From the NCBI GenBank assembly GCA_003427395.1, contig BFEA01000001.1, forward strand, positions 6,902,890 through 6,955,031: DNA of 52,142 nucleotides, in the 5' to 3' direction. Both the position numbers and the translations under genes were made by a program. The stretch's first letter is position 1. Every line of letters starts with the position of its first letter. This stretch comes from Chara braunii (Eukaryota > Plantae > Charophyceae). Positions 49,996 through 52,142 of this stretch are shown one piece after another. The notes under the pieces are model-generated. The model ran no database searches, was not told where the DNA came from, and worked only from the letters and a program-made list of their open reading frames with translations.

Positions 49996-51079
49996 TCCGG
50001 CCTTGGCACGGCTATGTTATACGACCTGTGTATGTTATTTCATGGTGCGCTAATGGATGGGGGGGCACAATGTGGGGCGGGCCACACTATATGGATTGCC
50101 TGCTACTCGCACCGATATTTGGACAGGAAAAAGAAAAGAGAAAACAGAGATGGCTGCGAAAGGAAGCAAGAGGGGAGGGGAGGGGAGGGGGGGGGGAGAG
50201 CCATTGCCAACATCGGGCACAATTCGGTCCTTGCCACAACAAGTGGGTGCTGTGCGTGCTGAGAGGTATTATGTGACCTGGGTGGTACCACATGGAGTGC
50301 GTCATACTGCATGACCGGGGCAGTACTATGTGGGATGTTGGTTGGGTGATAGTATGTCAGATGTGGGTTGGCGGTAATATCTGGGGTGGGCCACACCATG
50401 TGGACTGGGCAGGGCAGTACCATGTGGGCAGGGGTGTATTCTGTTGTGTGGGTGATACTGAGAGGATGCAAGAGCACTACTTGGGGAGGGAGGAGGGGAG
50501 GGAGGGGGGGGGCCATCATACTATGTGGACTGGGTGTTACAATGTGGCCCAGCATTATGTGGGTTGGGTGGTACAACATTGGGTGGGTCATCGTAGTCGT
50601 AGTATGTGGAGTGTATGGCACTACCAAGGTGGACCAATACAGTGTGGGTTACAAACCAAATAAAAAGCCATGGGAAAAAAGGAGAACCACAAAGAAGGAA
50701 CAAAAACACACACACACACACAAAAGGAAAACCCAAGCCCACGTGGCTGAATGGTATAGCCACCAACTTTCTTTCTTTTTTCTTTTTACAAAAAAGACTC
50801 AGCTCATTTGATTATGCACATCAAAGAGAGACCGGTAATTCTCAACAGACCACCCGGGACAGAAATAGCAGCAGTTACTGGGACCATTGCAGGCGTCGGG
50901 GTAGTATTCAGGGACAGAAATGGCAGAAATGGCCAAAATGGAACAGTCGATTATCCAGCTATTTTTATATGTGACCAAGCTCGAATCCCACCACCAGAAG
51001 TTAGGAAACAAGTCTCTGAGTTTCTGTTGTCGCCGCTTGAGCTCCACCTGGATTTGAGCTCATGATCTACCATCTTCGG

Positions 51080-51164
51080 CCGAATAGAACGGCCGGTCGT
51101 TATCACGGTATCTGGACTGAAAGTTGCACCAAAAACAGTTATAATGACTGGGCGTTCTATTCGG
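51080..51164 (+). mobile_element. 85-bp hairpin micro-MITE
   Basis: ccgaatagaacg...cgttctattcgg terminal inverted repeats. Confidence 0.8.
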
Positions 51165-52041
51165 GTCGTGATCTATAGTTTGCCAAAAGGCCCGCGTCTT
51201 CTTTCCATTCGAACAGGCAACCAGCTGCAGAGGCGGCAAAAAACACCGTGAGCCTGCTAGAGTTAGCATTTGAATTGTGAACACTGCCAAATTGTACGAC
51301 CAGCTGCGAATAATGAACCGAAGAGCCTAGCGCAGTGGGTACACCTATGAACTGCTGAACTACACAACCGAGTTCGAATCCAGATGATGGAATTTGGATG
51401 ATGGGTGAAACCAAATATTTCTTAATTGCCTGGGGCTGGTCAGCTCAGGCCGCCGCCATTTTTTTTTTTTTGTGAACCAAAAAAGAATAAAAATACAGGC
51501 CTGCTATGTCGTCGACTCTGAACATCCACCAGAAAACTGCAGTTGCACGGCAGTCAGAAAGTGAAATAAAAAACATCGCGGGCCTGGTGTAGACTTGTAT
51601 ACGCCAGAAAACAACAAACCTCGCTGGAGGCAAAGCCAAACAACTGAAATACCGTGCGGTCCTCGCAAACGCGATGACCATCACCGCTGCTGCTAAAACG
51701 ATGGCAGCCGCAAAGTTAATGACGAAACACCATGCACCCCGTGACAACACGGTGCAGCACCCATTCTCACTGTGTGTGCACACACTGTCTTTTGGGAACC
51801 ACTACTGCCCTTTGATATTTTATGTGGATATGGATGTTAATGAATGATGCGCCAGTGGAGGTCTTTTTTGGGCCCTTTGTAGGATGAGATATGGCAGCAT
51901 AACCATCGATGATGTCAACAAATAAGTTCTGCACTCTGGGACATCTGTTTGGATTTTCAGCGCAGTAAAAGAGTTCGCTCCTTCCCAGCATTGTGTTCCA
52001 TGAATGAAGATGATGAGCACGATTCATGAGAACAGTAGGTC

Positions 52042-52043
52042 TG

Positions 52044-52142
<99 letters not shown>
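52042..52142. repeat. (GT)n(GA)n microsatellite
   Basis: Direct observation. Confidence 0.95.

Overview
Repeat-rich eukaryotic draft-assembly DNA with three N gaps and many microsatellites. The plant-type RING gene and the repeat landscape suggest a streptophyte such as Chara, but that is inference. Only one host gene is well supported: a spliced C3HC4 RING-finger (putative E3 ligase) gene on + with exons at about 39634-40178, 41926-42030 and 43225-43717. A second, possibly disrupted gene may lie in the GC-rich island at about 33620-34343 (-). The rest is mobile DNA: a LINE ORF2 3' fragment, a decayed Ty3/Gypsy pol, TA- and TTAA-flanked MITEs, SINE-like retroposons and minisatellites. The most notable signal is a retrozyme-like element at 15014-15536 (-), inserted in the LINE. 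It is 1.6 tandem copies of a 318-nt unit with two type III hammerhead ribozymes (catalytic cores intact). Their stem I is reduced to a loop-less palindrome (AGGCCU), which implies cleavage as a stem-I-swapped dimer. Five further decayed hammerhead motifs with the same stem/loop II are dispersed in the window (about 7745, 7920, 36880, 38145, 49631). All structures were read by eye; nothing was searched or folded computationally.
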